Source: a virus. From it: 37,923 nucleotides of DNA. The notes under the pieces are model-generated. The model made no database searches, was not told where the DNA came from, and saw only the letters and a program-made list of their open reading frames with translations. Shown here one piece after another: positions 27,988 to 35,903 of the stretch (position 1 is its first letter; every line of letters starts with the position of its first letter). A program made the translations under genes and the position numbers. The stretch is from UHGV virus genome UHGV-0060191; one strand, written 5' to 3'.

Positions 27988-28880
27988 TATTTGGTCTCCT
28001 TGTTTTTAGTAATTCTCATAACCCTTATTGATTTTTCACACATATATCGCTGTGCTAAATCAGGATTTTCATTTTTAAATGTTTCAGTGTCGATTCTTCG
28101 CTGAATTTGAGATTTCCACGTAACTTTATACTTGTCAGTGATAAGCCCGGCCTTGTCTGCAATCATTGTTTTGAGCTCTGTTTCAATTTCTCTTTTTTCT
28201 TTTTGCAATTCATCAATGTGCATTTTTATTTCTTGCAGATAAGCAACCCTTTCGTCCATTTCCTGGACCTGAACGAGGTCAGCTGTATGATGTGAATAAA
28301 TCTGTGCCAGAACCTCATCATCTTCGGGCATAATAACAGGTGGGACTCTATCTTGAACCATCTTCCAGAATTTAAGGGACTTTTCAACCATCATATTAAA
28401 GAGGTCTTTGTCAAATTCTATGGGCTTGTAATCAAACTTCTGCCCGCCTATCAAGCAAGCTATCCAGCCTGTTTTACGTCCTGTTATTCCCAGGTACCAG
28501 ATAACCTGTAAAACATACTCTTTAGGAATTTTATTCTCCCATTCTTCCAACTTATATGCAGAACAGGTTTTGCACTCCAACAATTCATCTGTACCTGTCA
28601 CAAGTCGGTCAACATGAGCAACTAAAAAAGGATAATCCGGATGGATGTATGTCTTAGGCGCCTTTCTGACTTGCTTACCTGTTTTTTCACTAAATAAATC
28701 AGCCACAAAGCCCTCAAGTCTTGTTCCCATCTCTACAGATTCATTGGTTGATAAATCGGTTTTTATCTTGCCTGTTTTCTCTGCCCATAATCTGTAAGGC
28801 GTTGACCACCGGCTCTGGCCCATAACAGCAGCTATATCTGAACCGCCAATGTAGCTCATACGTTCTTCTTGTGTAAACAT
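27987..28880 (-). CDS. YqaJ-like (lambda exonuclease family) nuclease
   Basis: ERMSYIGGSD, G.RLE, AHVDR, LLECKT and YVLQVIWY; start placed at MFTQEER. Confidence 0.92.
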   Translation of the reverse strand: MFTQEERMSYIGGSDIAAVMGQSRWSTPYRLWAEKTGKIKTDLSTNESVEMGTRLEGFVADLFSEKTGKQVRKAPKTYIHPDYPFLVAHVDRLVTGTDELLECKTCSAYKLEEWENKIPKEYVLQVIWYLGITGRKTGWIACLIGGQKFDYKPIEFDKDLFNMMVEKSLKFWKMVQDRVPPVIMPEDDEVLAQIYSHHTADLVQVQEMDERVAYLQEIKMHIDELQKEKREIETELKTMIADKAGLITDKYKVTWKSQIQRRIDTETFKNENPDLAQRYMCEKSIRVMRITKNKETK

Positions 28881-29071
28881 TAAGACACCTTCTTTACATT
28901 CTTTTGTGCCATTCGTTTGAGCCCTTCGAAAATACCTTCTTTGCAGCATTCATCCGTGTGTGAGCAATCTGATGGATAGTCTCTATGTACACAGTAACAG
29001 CAGGCTTCCTGCTCATTCATAAAATTAGTTGCTATATTCAGCATTTCTAATAAAGTTTCGTTATTGTACAT
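28880..29071 (-). CDS. Small Cys-rich protein
   Basis: MYNNETL...CCYC...C...CC; TAATG-coupled at both ends. Confidence 0.7.
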   Translation of the reverse strand: MYNNETLLEMLNIATNFMNEQEACCYCVHRDYPSDCSHTDECCKEGIFEGLKRMAQKNVKKVS

Positions 29072-29196
29072 TAGTGCACCCCCTGTAAAAGTTGCAAAAA
29101 CGGTTCTGCAGCACAAAAGAAGATATATGCCGCCACAAAGAACACAACTGTCAACAACGCGTCTATGCAGATTGATATAAATTCTTTGTTTGTCAT
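29071..29196 (-). CDS. 41-aa membrane peptide (MTNKEFISICIDALLTVVFFVAAYIFFCAAEPFLQLLQGVH)
   Basis: AGGTGA SD; fills the gap and is coupled to the next gene; absent from the ORF track. Confidence 0.7.
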   Translation of the reverse strand: MTNKEFISICIDALLTVVFFVAAYIFFCAAEPFLQLLQGVH

Positions 29197-29204
29197 GATT
29201 TCAC

Positions 29205-29435
29205 CTATGCAATCTTTATTATTTTTTGAGTAGCGAGAATTTGATTTATTTGTTTTTTAGGCAAAAGTTTACCTGTATAAAAATTTCTACAATATGTAAG
29301 CTCTAAATCGCGATATGCAGCATTAAAGTTATCAAAAAAGTTATCGAAACCTGCAGGTAGCGAGTGGGTACAAAAGCTACCATCACTTAATTGTGAAAGC
29401 CCTCTTTGGTTGAGTTTGTATAATAGTTTTATCAT
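29205..29435 (-). CDS. Hypothetical early protein
   Basis: AAGGAG SD. Confidence 0.7.
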   Translation of the reverse strand: MIKLLYKLNQRGLSQLSDGSFCTHSLPAGFDNFFDNFNAAYRDLELTYCRNFYTGKLLPKKQINQILATQKIIKIA

Positions 29436-29447
29436 GCTGTTTGCTCC

Positions 29448-29603
29448 TTATGCTGTTTGTTGTCCTAGTTCTAAATCAGCTAACTCATAAACTAATTGTG
29501 CTATTTTTTGTCTTTTCTCTTCCTCTGTATATTTTTTTTCATTAAAATATACTTTGACCCTTATACCGTCTATTTCTTTGTCTACTAAGTATTTTTTGTT
29601 CAT
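29448..29603 (-). CDS. 51-aa protein (MNKKYLVDKEIDGIRVKVYFNEKK...), possible recombination directionality factor
   Basis: Hand-translated; beta-hairpin plus helix pattern; function inferred only from position and size. Confidence 0.55.
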   Translation of the reverse strand: MNKKYLVDKEIDGIRVKVYFNEKKYTEEEKRQKIAQLVYELADLELGQQTA

Positions 29604-29729
29604 TTATTAGTTGATTTTTCTTTTTGTGACTTTTGTAAATTTTGCATTACAAATAGACCCTTTATAGGAGTCTTTTTGTTGTGTTTTTGGTAAGATATTC
29701 TTACGGAATAATTTAAGGGGAGATATCGT

Positions 29730-29879
29730 TTAAGCGATTCTCTCCTTGTTTTGTTCTAGAGGATAGTTTGTAAGAAAATTTCTAACTAATGTTGGAACAT
29801 GAAAACCTTGTTCTCTCATTAAAGCAACTTTTTCTGCCAACTCGTCCGATAACAATTTAATATGTAATGTTGTATTCAT
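29730..29879 (-). CDS. 49-aa ribbon-helix-helix-like protein in the cro position (MNTTLHIKLLSDELAEKVALMREQGFHVPTLVRNFLTNY...)
   Basis: First ORF after the divergent promoter; alternating N-terminal strand followed by two amphipathic helices. Confidence 0.65.
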   Translation of the reverse strand: MNTTLHIKLLSDELAEKVALMREQGFHVPTLVRNFLTNYPLEQNKERIA

Positions 29880-29914
29880 GAGTTAAAACCTTAACTTGTG
29901 TAACCTGTATTATC

Positions 29915-29943
29915 AATATACATAATTTGGAATAAAATGTCAA
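29915..29943 (-). promoter_or_regulatory. Early lytic promoter in the divergent switch region
   Basis: TTGACA-17-TATATT on the minus strand; related TATACA..AA.TGG-like elements on both sides of the -35 may be operators. Confidence 0.75.
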
Positions 29944-29978
29944 CCCATTTTTGTGTATAAAATATTAAGAACTGTAAA

Positions 29979-30530
29979 ATGCTCGCAGATAGATTAAAAG
30001 AAATTCGACTTAAAATAAATACAAATGCTAGTGCATTTGCTAGAGACATGGCTATTCCTCAGACAACATATATAAAATATGAAAGAGGGGAGAGAAAACC
30101 TTCTTTTGAACTCCTAGAACAGCTTGCAGAGATTTATCATGTGAATATGCATTATCTCTTCACAGGCGAAGGCCCTATGTTCCTTCCTCAAAAATCAGAG
30201 AAACAGCAAAAGTACGAACAAGCTTTTAAGGAACGCAAAACTTTCGGAAAACGTCTCAATTACTATCAAGCAGAAGAAAATCTCATGGATGATGAGATTG
30301 CAAAAATTATAGATTCCTCTGAACGCCGTGTAGAAAAACTCGGACTTGATAAAGAAGAACCCACTCTCGCCGAGCTAAAGGCACTTAAAAAACATTCAGG
30401 TATACCAATTGACCTTTGGGTTGACGGTGAGCTTACAGGCGATTCTAACACTGTTACACAAATGTTATCACCCGAAGAACAAAAAATGCTAGAATTTCTC
30501 AAGAAGGCTAAAGAGAATAAGTTGTTGTAG
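29979..30530 (+). CDS. Repressor with two XRE-type HTH domains
   Basis: RLKEIR...YIKYERGERKPS...YLFTGEG, then FGKRLNYY...IAKII...EPTL...IPIDLWV; divergent from the early operon; no S24 peptidase domain. Confidence 0.85.
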   Translation: MLADRLKEIRLKINTNASAFARDMAIPQTTYIKYERGERKPSFELLEQLAEIYHVNMHYLFTGEGPMFLPQKSEKQQKYEQAFKERKTFGKRLNYYQAEENLMDDEIAKIIDSSERRVEKLGLDKEEPTLAELKALKKHSGIPIDLWVDGELTGDSNTVTQMLSPEEQKMLEFLKKAKENKLL

Positions 30531-30679
30531 GATTTATGGTTTATTCGGATTAAAATTTGCACTAATAACTTTTGACAGACATTAACGTAGGTTTATGCAA
30601 TTATAATTTGTATACAAAATCAACTATAATTCTTTATTTTCTTGTGTTTCCGATGTATAATACAGAAAATATTGGAGTG

Positions 30680-31402
30680 ATGATGCCAAATCTAATTAAT
30701 ATTTACTGCGATGAAAGTTGCCATTTAAAAAATGATAATTCAGACTTTATGATTATTGGAGGGATAACTTGTCCTTACAATAACAGAAATCTAGTCTTTA
30801 AAGAAATAAGAAATCTCAAAAAAAGATATGGTTTAAGCGAAACTTTCGAAATAAAATGGACGAAAGTATCACAAAGCAAAGAAGAATTTTATGTTGATTT
30901 AATTAATTATTTTTGGGGCAATTGCTTTTTGAGTTTCAAAGGACTCTTAATCGATAAAAATGAAATATCCAAAACAGCTGATAACTTGGGATGGGAAGCT
31001 TTTTATTACTGCATGTATCATTTTTTATTATTGTCAATTTTCAATCCTCACTGTTCTTACAATATATATATGGATATAAAAGATACAAGAGGAGCAAAAA
31101 AAAGAAAAATAATATTCGATATTCTAGAAAGATTAAAAAATGAATTTAATTACAAAAGAGATATTGATATAGAAAAAGTGCAAGCTGTTCAATCACATGA
31201 AGTGGAACTTATACAATTAACAGATTTGATTATTGGTGCAATAGCTTATTTGAACAGAGGATTAAAAGAAAATCAAGGTAAGGTTAAAGTAATAGATATG
31301 TTGCAACAAAAAACAGGCTATCCATTAAATAGAACAACTTTTCTAAATGACCATAAATTTTATCTTTTAAAAGTTACAGATACAAAAACAAAGGAAGTCT
31401 AA
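30680..31402 (+). CDS. DUF3800-family (RNase H-like) protein
   Basis: IYCDES, EIKWTK and LIQLTDLIIGA (QxxD); GGAG SD before ATG 30680/30683. Confidence 0.85.
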   Translation: MMPNLINIYCDESCHLKNDNSDFMIIGGITCPYNNRNLVFKEIRNLKKRYGLSETFEIKWTKVSQSKEEFYVDLINYFWGNCFLSFKGLLIDKNEISKTADNLGWEAFYYCMYHFLLLSIFNPHCSYNIYMDIKDTRGAKKRKIIFDILERLKNEFNYKRDIDIEKVQAVQSHEVELIQLTDLIIGAIAYLNRGLKENQGKVKVIDMLQQKTGYPLNRTTFLNDHKFYLLKVTDTKTKEV

Positions 31403-32041
31403 ATGCCTGATAATACTCCTTTGCCAAACTGGCTTCCTCCTATTTTGAATCCAAATGAATTTCCAACAATCATTGAATTTATAAAACATCTATATTGTAT
31501 ATTTGAAAATGATTTTATGGATCCTAATAATCCACTTATATTTAATAACAAAATAGTAAAGTATTCATTATTAAAGTTATACACACGATGTGAAAAGCTT
31601 CAAGCGAAGGGCTTTTTGAATTGTCGTAATGTACATTATAATTGTACGAATTGTCCTTATGTTGAAAAAGAAGATATTTTTAACCATATTACTTGTAAGG
31701 ATTTCAACAAAAACTCAAAAAATCAAATAAGAACCCCGGGTATATTTGAAGAAGCTAGAGCTGTTCGTATACATTGGATAAAACATATAATAAACAATTA
31801 TAAGCAAATAGAAGTCTATTACTATCAAGACTTTGATGTTGCTGAAAATGCCTTAAATCATTGTTTTTGGCTTAAGGAACAAAAATATTTTGTTGTAATA
31901 AGAGAGGACAAAAAAGGAAAATTATTTTTGACAACAGCTTATTATCTTTATGACAGAAAAGGTACATCTCGAATTAGAAATGCTTATAAAAAGTATTGTA
32001 GAATCTTAAAAGAAAATACAAAAAAGACCCCAATCACATAG
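31403..32041 (+). CDS. DUF3800 partner protein, putative BECR-fold nuclease with Cys-rich insert
   Basis: Abuts the DUF3800 stop; LY.IFENDF, FNHIT, RAVRIHWIK and YFVVIRE...FLTTAY. Confidence 0.7.
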   Translation: MPDNTPLPNWLPPILNPNEFPTIIEFIKHLYCIFENDFMDPNNPLIFNNKIVKYSLLKLYTRCEKLQAKGFLNCRNVHYNCTNCPYVEKEDIFNHITCKDFNKNSKNQIRTPGIFEEARAVRIHWIKHIINNYKQIEVYYYQDFDVAENALNHCFWLKEQKYFVVIREDKKGKLFLTTAYYLYDRKGTSRIRNAYKKYCRILKENTKKTPIT

Positions 32042-32098
32042 GTTTGAGGTCTTAATATCTCATCCTGCTCTAGGCAGCCTACACATGGTAGGTGAGTA
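32020..32098 (-). ncRNA. Candidate structured small RNA convergent on the DUF3800 operon
   Basis: GC-rich island. Three-way junction CTCA/TGAG, CCTAC/GTAGG and CTGC/GCAG, then terminator AAGACCTCAA/TTGGGGTCTT plus T-run. Confidence 0.68.
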
Positions 32099-32101
32099 CT
32101 T

Positions 32102-32131
32102 ATATTATTCCCATTTTTAGGAATTTTTAAA
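32102..32131 (-). promoter_or_regulatory. Promoter for the convergent small RNA
   Basis: Minus strand TTTAAA/TTAAAA-17/18 nt-TAATAT. Confidence 0.5.
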
Positions 32132-32320
32132 CACCCTATTTGTATGAATGTTTACTAATCTTTATCATCTGATTGTATGACATAAAGTTATCATTAACAT
32201 GACATTCTATCAACTATTTAATATTTAACTAATAATTATCGTAACATTAGTATATTGGGCCTTCATAATTAAGAGCCGAAACCAAATCAATGATAATGGC
32301 TCTTAAAGTTAACTTTTATT

Positions 32321-32665
32321 TTACGGAAATATTTGCCTATAACCGTGTCTTAAATCTCTTAGCCTGAAACGATTCTTTTTATTCATTTTTCTTAAAAGCC
32401 TTTGATCAGTTGTCTCTTTTTTGAACTGGCTACCATCGTATCTGTCTATTTGCTTGCCTGATATAAGCTCTAATGATGTTGTTGTATTAGCATAGTAGTG
32501 ATACTGCATTTCAATAATTTCAAAAAAGCACTCCATAATCAGCCATGTAAAAAAGATAAAAGTAAATACCCTGCATGTGTTTGCAAAATTAAAACCTTTT
32601 CTTACTAACTCCTTGATTCTCTTACCCAGCGTAATTGTTGTTTCACTCATCTTTTCATACCTCAT
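32321..32665 (-). CDS. Hypothetical membrane protein
   Basis: One hydrophobic segment VFTFIFFTWLIMECFFEII; divergent from the integrase. Confidence 0.65.
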   Translation of the reverse strand: MRYEKMSETTITLGKRIKELVRKGFNFANTCRVFTFIFFTWLIMECFFEIIEMQYHYYANTTTSLELISGKQIDRYDGSQFKKETTDQRLLRKMNKKNRFRLRDLRHGYRQIFP

Positions 32666-32845
32666 TTAATTTTGTAACAAGCCCGGACAACAACATTATG
32701 GTTACATTTATGTAAAAGTAAAACGTTTAGAGGGGCGTTTTTATTGTTATTTAAAGTGGATATGATAAATTGTAAAAGTCAAGAAGCTAAATTATGGCAA
32801 TTTATAGCCGTACAAAGTAAAATATGTTTACATAAAGGAAGTTTT

Positions 32846-34486
32846 ATGTTTGAAACAGAAGATTTAACAGGTCAATACGTAAATATTTATATCCGTGTCA
32901 GTACTGATGAACAGGCAAAAAAAGGATATAGTATCGACATGCAGGAAGACCAATGCAGGAAATATATCGAACGTCTTAATGGCGCAGTAAATAAAGTTTA
33001 CATAGATGATGGATACTCTGGCAAAAACTTGAATCGTCCACAAATAAAACAGTTAATGGAAGATTTAAAAAGTAAGAAAAATCGCGTAACAGCAGTTGTT
33101 ACTTGGCGCTGTGACAGAATGATAAGAAGCACAGATTACTATTATCAAGTCCTAAAACCTCTTTTTGGCAAACAAGGAGTTACCCTTCTATCGGCAACAG
33201 AACCAAACGAAGGCCAAAACAACCCTTATGGGAAGTGGATGAGAAACTCTCAGATTAATAATGCTGAGTTAGAGTCGGGCTTAATCTCAATTAGAACAGT
33301 AATGAATTTACAAGAAAAAGCACGACAAGGCCACTACCCAGGTGCACGCGTTCCGGTTGGATACAAAAGAAATAAAAAACGAGAAATCATTCCTGATGAA
33401 GAAAAACTACATTATATTGAAAAAATTTTCAGATTATATTCAACAGGTGCATACTCTTTTGAAACACTTGCTGCAAAAATGCGTAAAGAAGGTTTTACAC
33501 ATAACAATAAACCTTGCTCCAAAAAGACCATAGAGAATATTTTAAGCGTTTATCAGGTATTTTATATAGGCAAATTCAACTATTCATTTAAACAGAACGA
33601 CGGAACATACATAGTCAAACTATGTGACGGTAAGCATGAACCTATCATATCATTAGCACTTTATGAAGCAGCTATGAGAGTAAAAGATAGAGCCAGCGGG
33701 CCAAAGGAAAATAAACACTCCTTTTTGTATAAGGGGCTAATAAGGTGTTCCATATCGAATAGACTACTTACACCTGAGAAACAAAGAGGTGCAAATAAAA
33801 GTGGTGAATACGAATACTATCGCTGCCACAGACCTTGTCCTGAATGCCCAAAAGACTGTAAACGGATTATAAAAAGAGAAGTAATAGACAAAGCTGTTAT
33901 AGAAGCGTTGGAAACATTAAATATTACAAAAGAGCAGCTTAAAAATTTGAAAGAAGATGTCAAAAACATACTTCACTATCAGGCGGATTATGACGAAAAA
34001 AGAAAAATACAAATTGAGGGAGACATCAAGAAATTAAAGAATCGCATTAACCAGCTCTATGATGATAAGCTTGATGGAATAATTTCAGAAAGTACGTACT
34101 TGGATAAAAAGTTAACATGGGAAAACAAACTGGAAAATTTAACACTTGAATACACAGCCTTAACCAAAACTAATATAGAATTAATAAGACGTTTTGAAAA
34201 AATGTTCGAACTCGCTGAAAACCTTACACAGAAGTATTTACAGAAGTCTGACGATAAAAAGCGAGAAATTTTAAAAATCTTATGTTCGAACTTTTTTTAT
34301 GAGGGTTCAGAGCTACGTATAGAGCTAGAAAGCGCCTTTACGGCGCTTATAAAACTTGCTCTAAATGATAAATGGGCGCATGATGGGTCAATCTTCGAAC
34401 TTTTAAAAAGTCAAAAGTTTGATTTTTTACGTTCCAAAAATACATTAATTCTTTTTGAGAAACTTGAAACTTATTTAATTGCATAA
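32846..34486 (+). CDS. int: Large serine integrase
   Basis: YIRVSTDEQ catalytic Ser, DDGYSG..LNRP, DRMIRS, recombinase domain, Zn ribbon (YYRC) and coiled coil; start placed at MFETEDL after AAGGA. Confidence 0.95.
   Translation: MFETEDLTGQYVNIYIRVSTDEQAKKGYSIDMQEDQCRKYIERLNGAVNKVYIDDGYSGKNLNRPQIKQLMEDLKSKKNRVTAVVTWRCDRMIRSTDYYYQVLKPLFGKQGVTLLSATEPNEGQNNPYGKWMRNSQINNAELESGLISIRTVMNLQEKARQGHYPGARVPVGYKRNKKREIIPDEEKLHYIEKIFRLYSTGAYSFETLAAKMRKEGFTHNNKPCSKKTIENILSVYQVFYIGKFNYSFKQNDGTYIVKLCDGKHEPIISLALYEAAMRVKDRASGPKENKHSFLYKGLIRCSISNRLLTPEKQRGANKSGEYEYYRCHRPCPECPKDCKRIIKREVIDKAVIEALETLNITKEQLKNLKEDVKNILHYQADYDEKRKIQIEGDIKKLKNRINQLYDDKLDGIISESTYLDKKLTWENKLENLTLEYTALTKTNIELIRRFEKMFELAENLTQKYLQKSDDKKREILKILCSNFFYEGSELRIELESAFTALIKLALNDKWAHDGSIFELLKSQKFDFLRSKNTLILFEKLETYLIA
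34326..34348 (-). terminator. Hairpin inside int, possible terminator for the reconstituted tRNA
   Basis: Minus strand AAGCGCC-GTAAA-GGCGCTT-TCT, ~25 nt downstream of the tRNA-like 3' end. Confidence 0.5.
34374..34400. other. Probable attP; core resembles a tRNA-His 3' end
   Basis: Minus strand CCCAT-CATGCGC-C-C fits T-stem 3' strand, acceptor strand and C73; displaced TTCGAAC at 34394-34400. Confidence 0.62.
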
Positions 34487-34521
34487 TTCTCTTTTTCTCG
34501 TATCATGCATGGCATAGGGAT

Positions 34522-34821
34522 TTGTTTATGCTTGAATGTGAAAAATTAAAATTTGAAAAAGCTGAGTTGTTAAAACAGCGTGTTAAAGAGATGTGTGCTC
34601 TTTCGTTTTTGCATATTGGAATAAATACTTTAAACGATAATATTAATATTGAGTTAAACCAAAAAGAAGCGACTCTGGAAGTTTTAAACACGTTAAAAAA
34701 TGAATTGAGTAATATATTCAACTGCACATATAGAATCCTGCCTACTCCGATTCTATCGGGCTCATATATGGATAGTCCTGTAAGAAGTCCAAAAGTTTTG
34801 TATAATTTTGAAAAGATATAA
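34522..34821 (+). CDS. Hypothetical accessory protein
   Basis: 99-aa ORF after the integrase; start uncertain. Confidence 0.55.
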   Translation: MFMLECEKLKFEKAELLKQRVKEMCALSFLHIGINTLNDNINIELNQKEATLEVLNTLKNELSNIFNCTYRILPTPILSGSYMDSPVRSPKVLYNFEKI

Positions 34822-34894
34822 ATTAATTTTAATTAATAATATACTCCTAGAAACAATAATATTATAAATTTATCCTATGAAAGGAGGTGAAAAA

Positions 34895-35194
34895 ATGATT
34901 GAATCTAATAATTTCAATTTAAAACAAATTGAAGCTATAGCTCAAGAACTGACAAACAAATATTCTTCAAATATTCAACTATATTTGGATGATAATGAAC
35001 AAGCATTTATTTTAGAATGCAATAGTGATTCTCAACTGCATAAAATAATAGAAGATGCAATAAAGGCATTGAAAGAAGCTTTTTTAGTGGAATTAAAAGC
35101 AGATTGTCCTGTTAATTTGGGAGCAACAGAGTCTGGTGAGTTAATTATAGCAAACCCTAATAGGGAAACTACTGTCACTCTAATGTGTATTTAA
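34895..35194 (+). CDS. Hypothetical accessory protein
   Basis: Perfect AAGGAGGTGA SD before MIESNN; followed by a terminator. Confidence 0.75.
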   Translation: MIESNNFNLKQIEAIAQELTNKYSSNIQLYLDDNEQAFILECNSDSQLHKIIEDAIKALKEAFLVELKADCPVNLGATESGELIIANPNRETTVTLMCI

Positions 35195-35195
35195 A

Positions 35196-35228
35196 AGAAA
35201 ACCCACTACGTTTTGTAGTGGGTTTTCT
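35196..35228. terminator. Bidirectional terminator
   Basis: AGAAAACCCACTAC-GTTTT-GTAGTGGGTTTTCT between convergent genes. Confidence 0.88.
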
Positions 35229-35243
35229 GCATCAAGTATGTGT

Positions 35244-35489
35244 TTAGTTGTACTCTTGAAATTTATCGTAAAGATTGTTAAGACGTTTTTGGTCAAATTC
35301 CGAGAGCTTTTCAAAGTTTTTAAACATAAGCTTGAAAGCATCTTCTGCAATATCTGTGGCTTTCTTTAGCCTCTTTTTATCTTTGATAATCTGCGTTTCG
35401 GACTGGTGTTCTTTGGATGTTGAGGCGTAGTCAAATATGCCTTTTATTGCGTTTGATACAGACTCAACAGCTTTTGGGACATCAAACAT
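35244..35489 (-). CDS. Hypothetical protein, last gene of the late/lysis operon
   Basis: TAATG-coupled; amphipathic N-terminus. Confidence 0.7.
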   Translation of the reverse strand: MFDVPKAVESVSNAIKGIFDYASTSKEHQSETQIIKDKKRLKKATDIAEDAFKLMFKNFEKLSEFDQKRLNNLYDKFQEYN

Positions 35490-35713
35490 TATGCTGTTGC
35501 TCCGTCTATTTTATCAATCTGTTTTAAGAGATATTCATCAAGAACCTCAAAGCCTTTGTTGATGATTGGTGTAAACATATCATCAATTTTGTTTTCAGAG
35601 GTTAAAATAGCTGTGTTTACAAGGTCTTTTGCGAATGCTACAACATCTGGTGAAATCACTTTGCAGTTTCTTTCGCAGCAGTCAAGTAATGCTTTTTTCA
35701 TTTTTTCGTCCAT
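35489..35713 (-). CDS. Hypothetical protein in the lysis region
   Basis: Start placed at MDEKMKK after AAAGGCGG. Confidence 0.7.
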   Translation of the reverse strand: MDEKMKKALLDCCERNCKVISPDVVAFAKDLVNTAILTSENKIDDMFTPIINKGFEVLDEYLLKQIDKIDGATA

Positions 35714-35741
35714 TTTTTCCGCCTTTCTAATTTTGCAAGGC

Positions 35742-35770
35742 TTGACAAACGACATAATGGGATAAATAAT
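35742..35770 (+). promoter_or_regulatory. Promoter of antisense RNA, type I TA copy 2
   Basis: TTGACA-17-AATAAT, as at 9606-9634. Confidence 0.75.
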
Positions 35771-35775
35771 ATTCA

Positions 35776-35889
35776 TGTAGGGGGAAGCCCCTAAAGAATG
35801 GCTGTTCCTTAGAGCTTCACTTCATACCCTATAACCAATAAATAACAATTTGTAAAACCGTTATAATCACCGTTATAGCGGTTTTTATT
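35776..35889 (+). ncRNA. Candidate type I antitoxin RNA, copy 2
   Basis: Ends at hairpin AAAACCGTTATAA/TTATAGCGGTTTT (35854-35885); homologous to 9640-9753; ends approximate. Confidence 0.7.
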
Positions 35890-35903
35890 ATTGTTTTGGT
35901 CAT
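35829..35903 (-). CDS. 24-aa hydrophobic peptide, candidate type I toxin copy 2 (MTKTIIKTAITVIITVLQIVIYWL)
   Basis: SD AGGGGGTGA; paralogue of 9693..9767. Confidence 0.78.
   Translation of the reverse strand: MTKTIIKTAITVIITVLQIVIYWL

Noticed and set aside
2702..28295. Many short plus-strand or alternative-frame ORFs overlapping structural and replication genes
   Set aside because: They are nested in well-supported genes and have no independent signals
32674..32706. TGTAAC...GTTACA inverted repeat upstream of int as attP
   Set aside because: Only 6-bp arms in AT-rich DNA, and the site at 34374-34400 has better support; it could still be a regulatory site
34360..34420. Complete tRNA gene
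   Set aside because: Only the 3' ~14 nt is tRNA-like; there is no D or anticodon arm
35714..35776. N-terminal extensions from the ORF track (also 30572, 32744, 18177, 20531, 28949, 29116, 34877)
   Set aside because: Downstream starts have better SD or translational coupling; this one also runs through the antisense promoter
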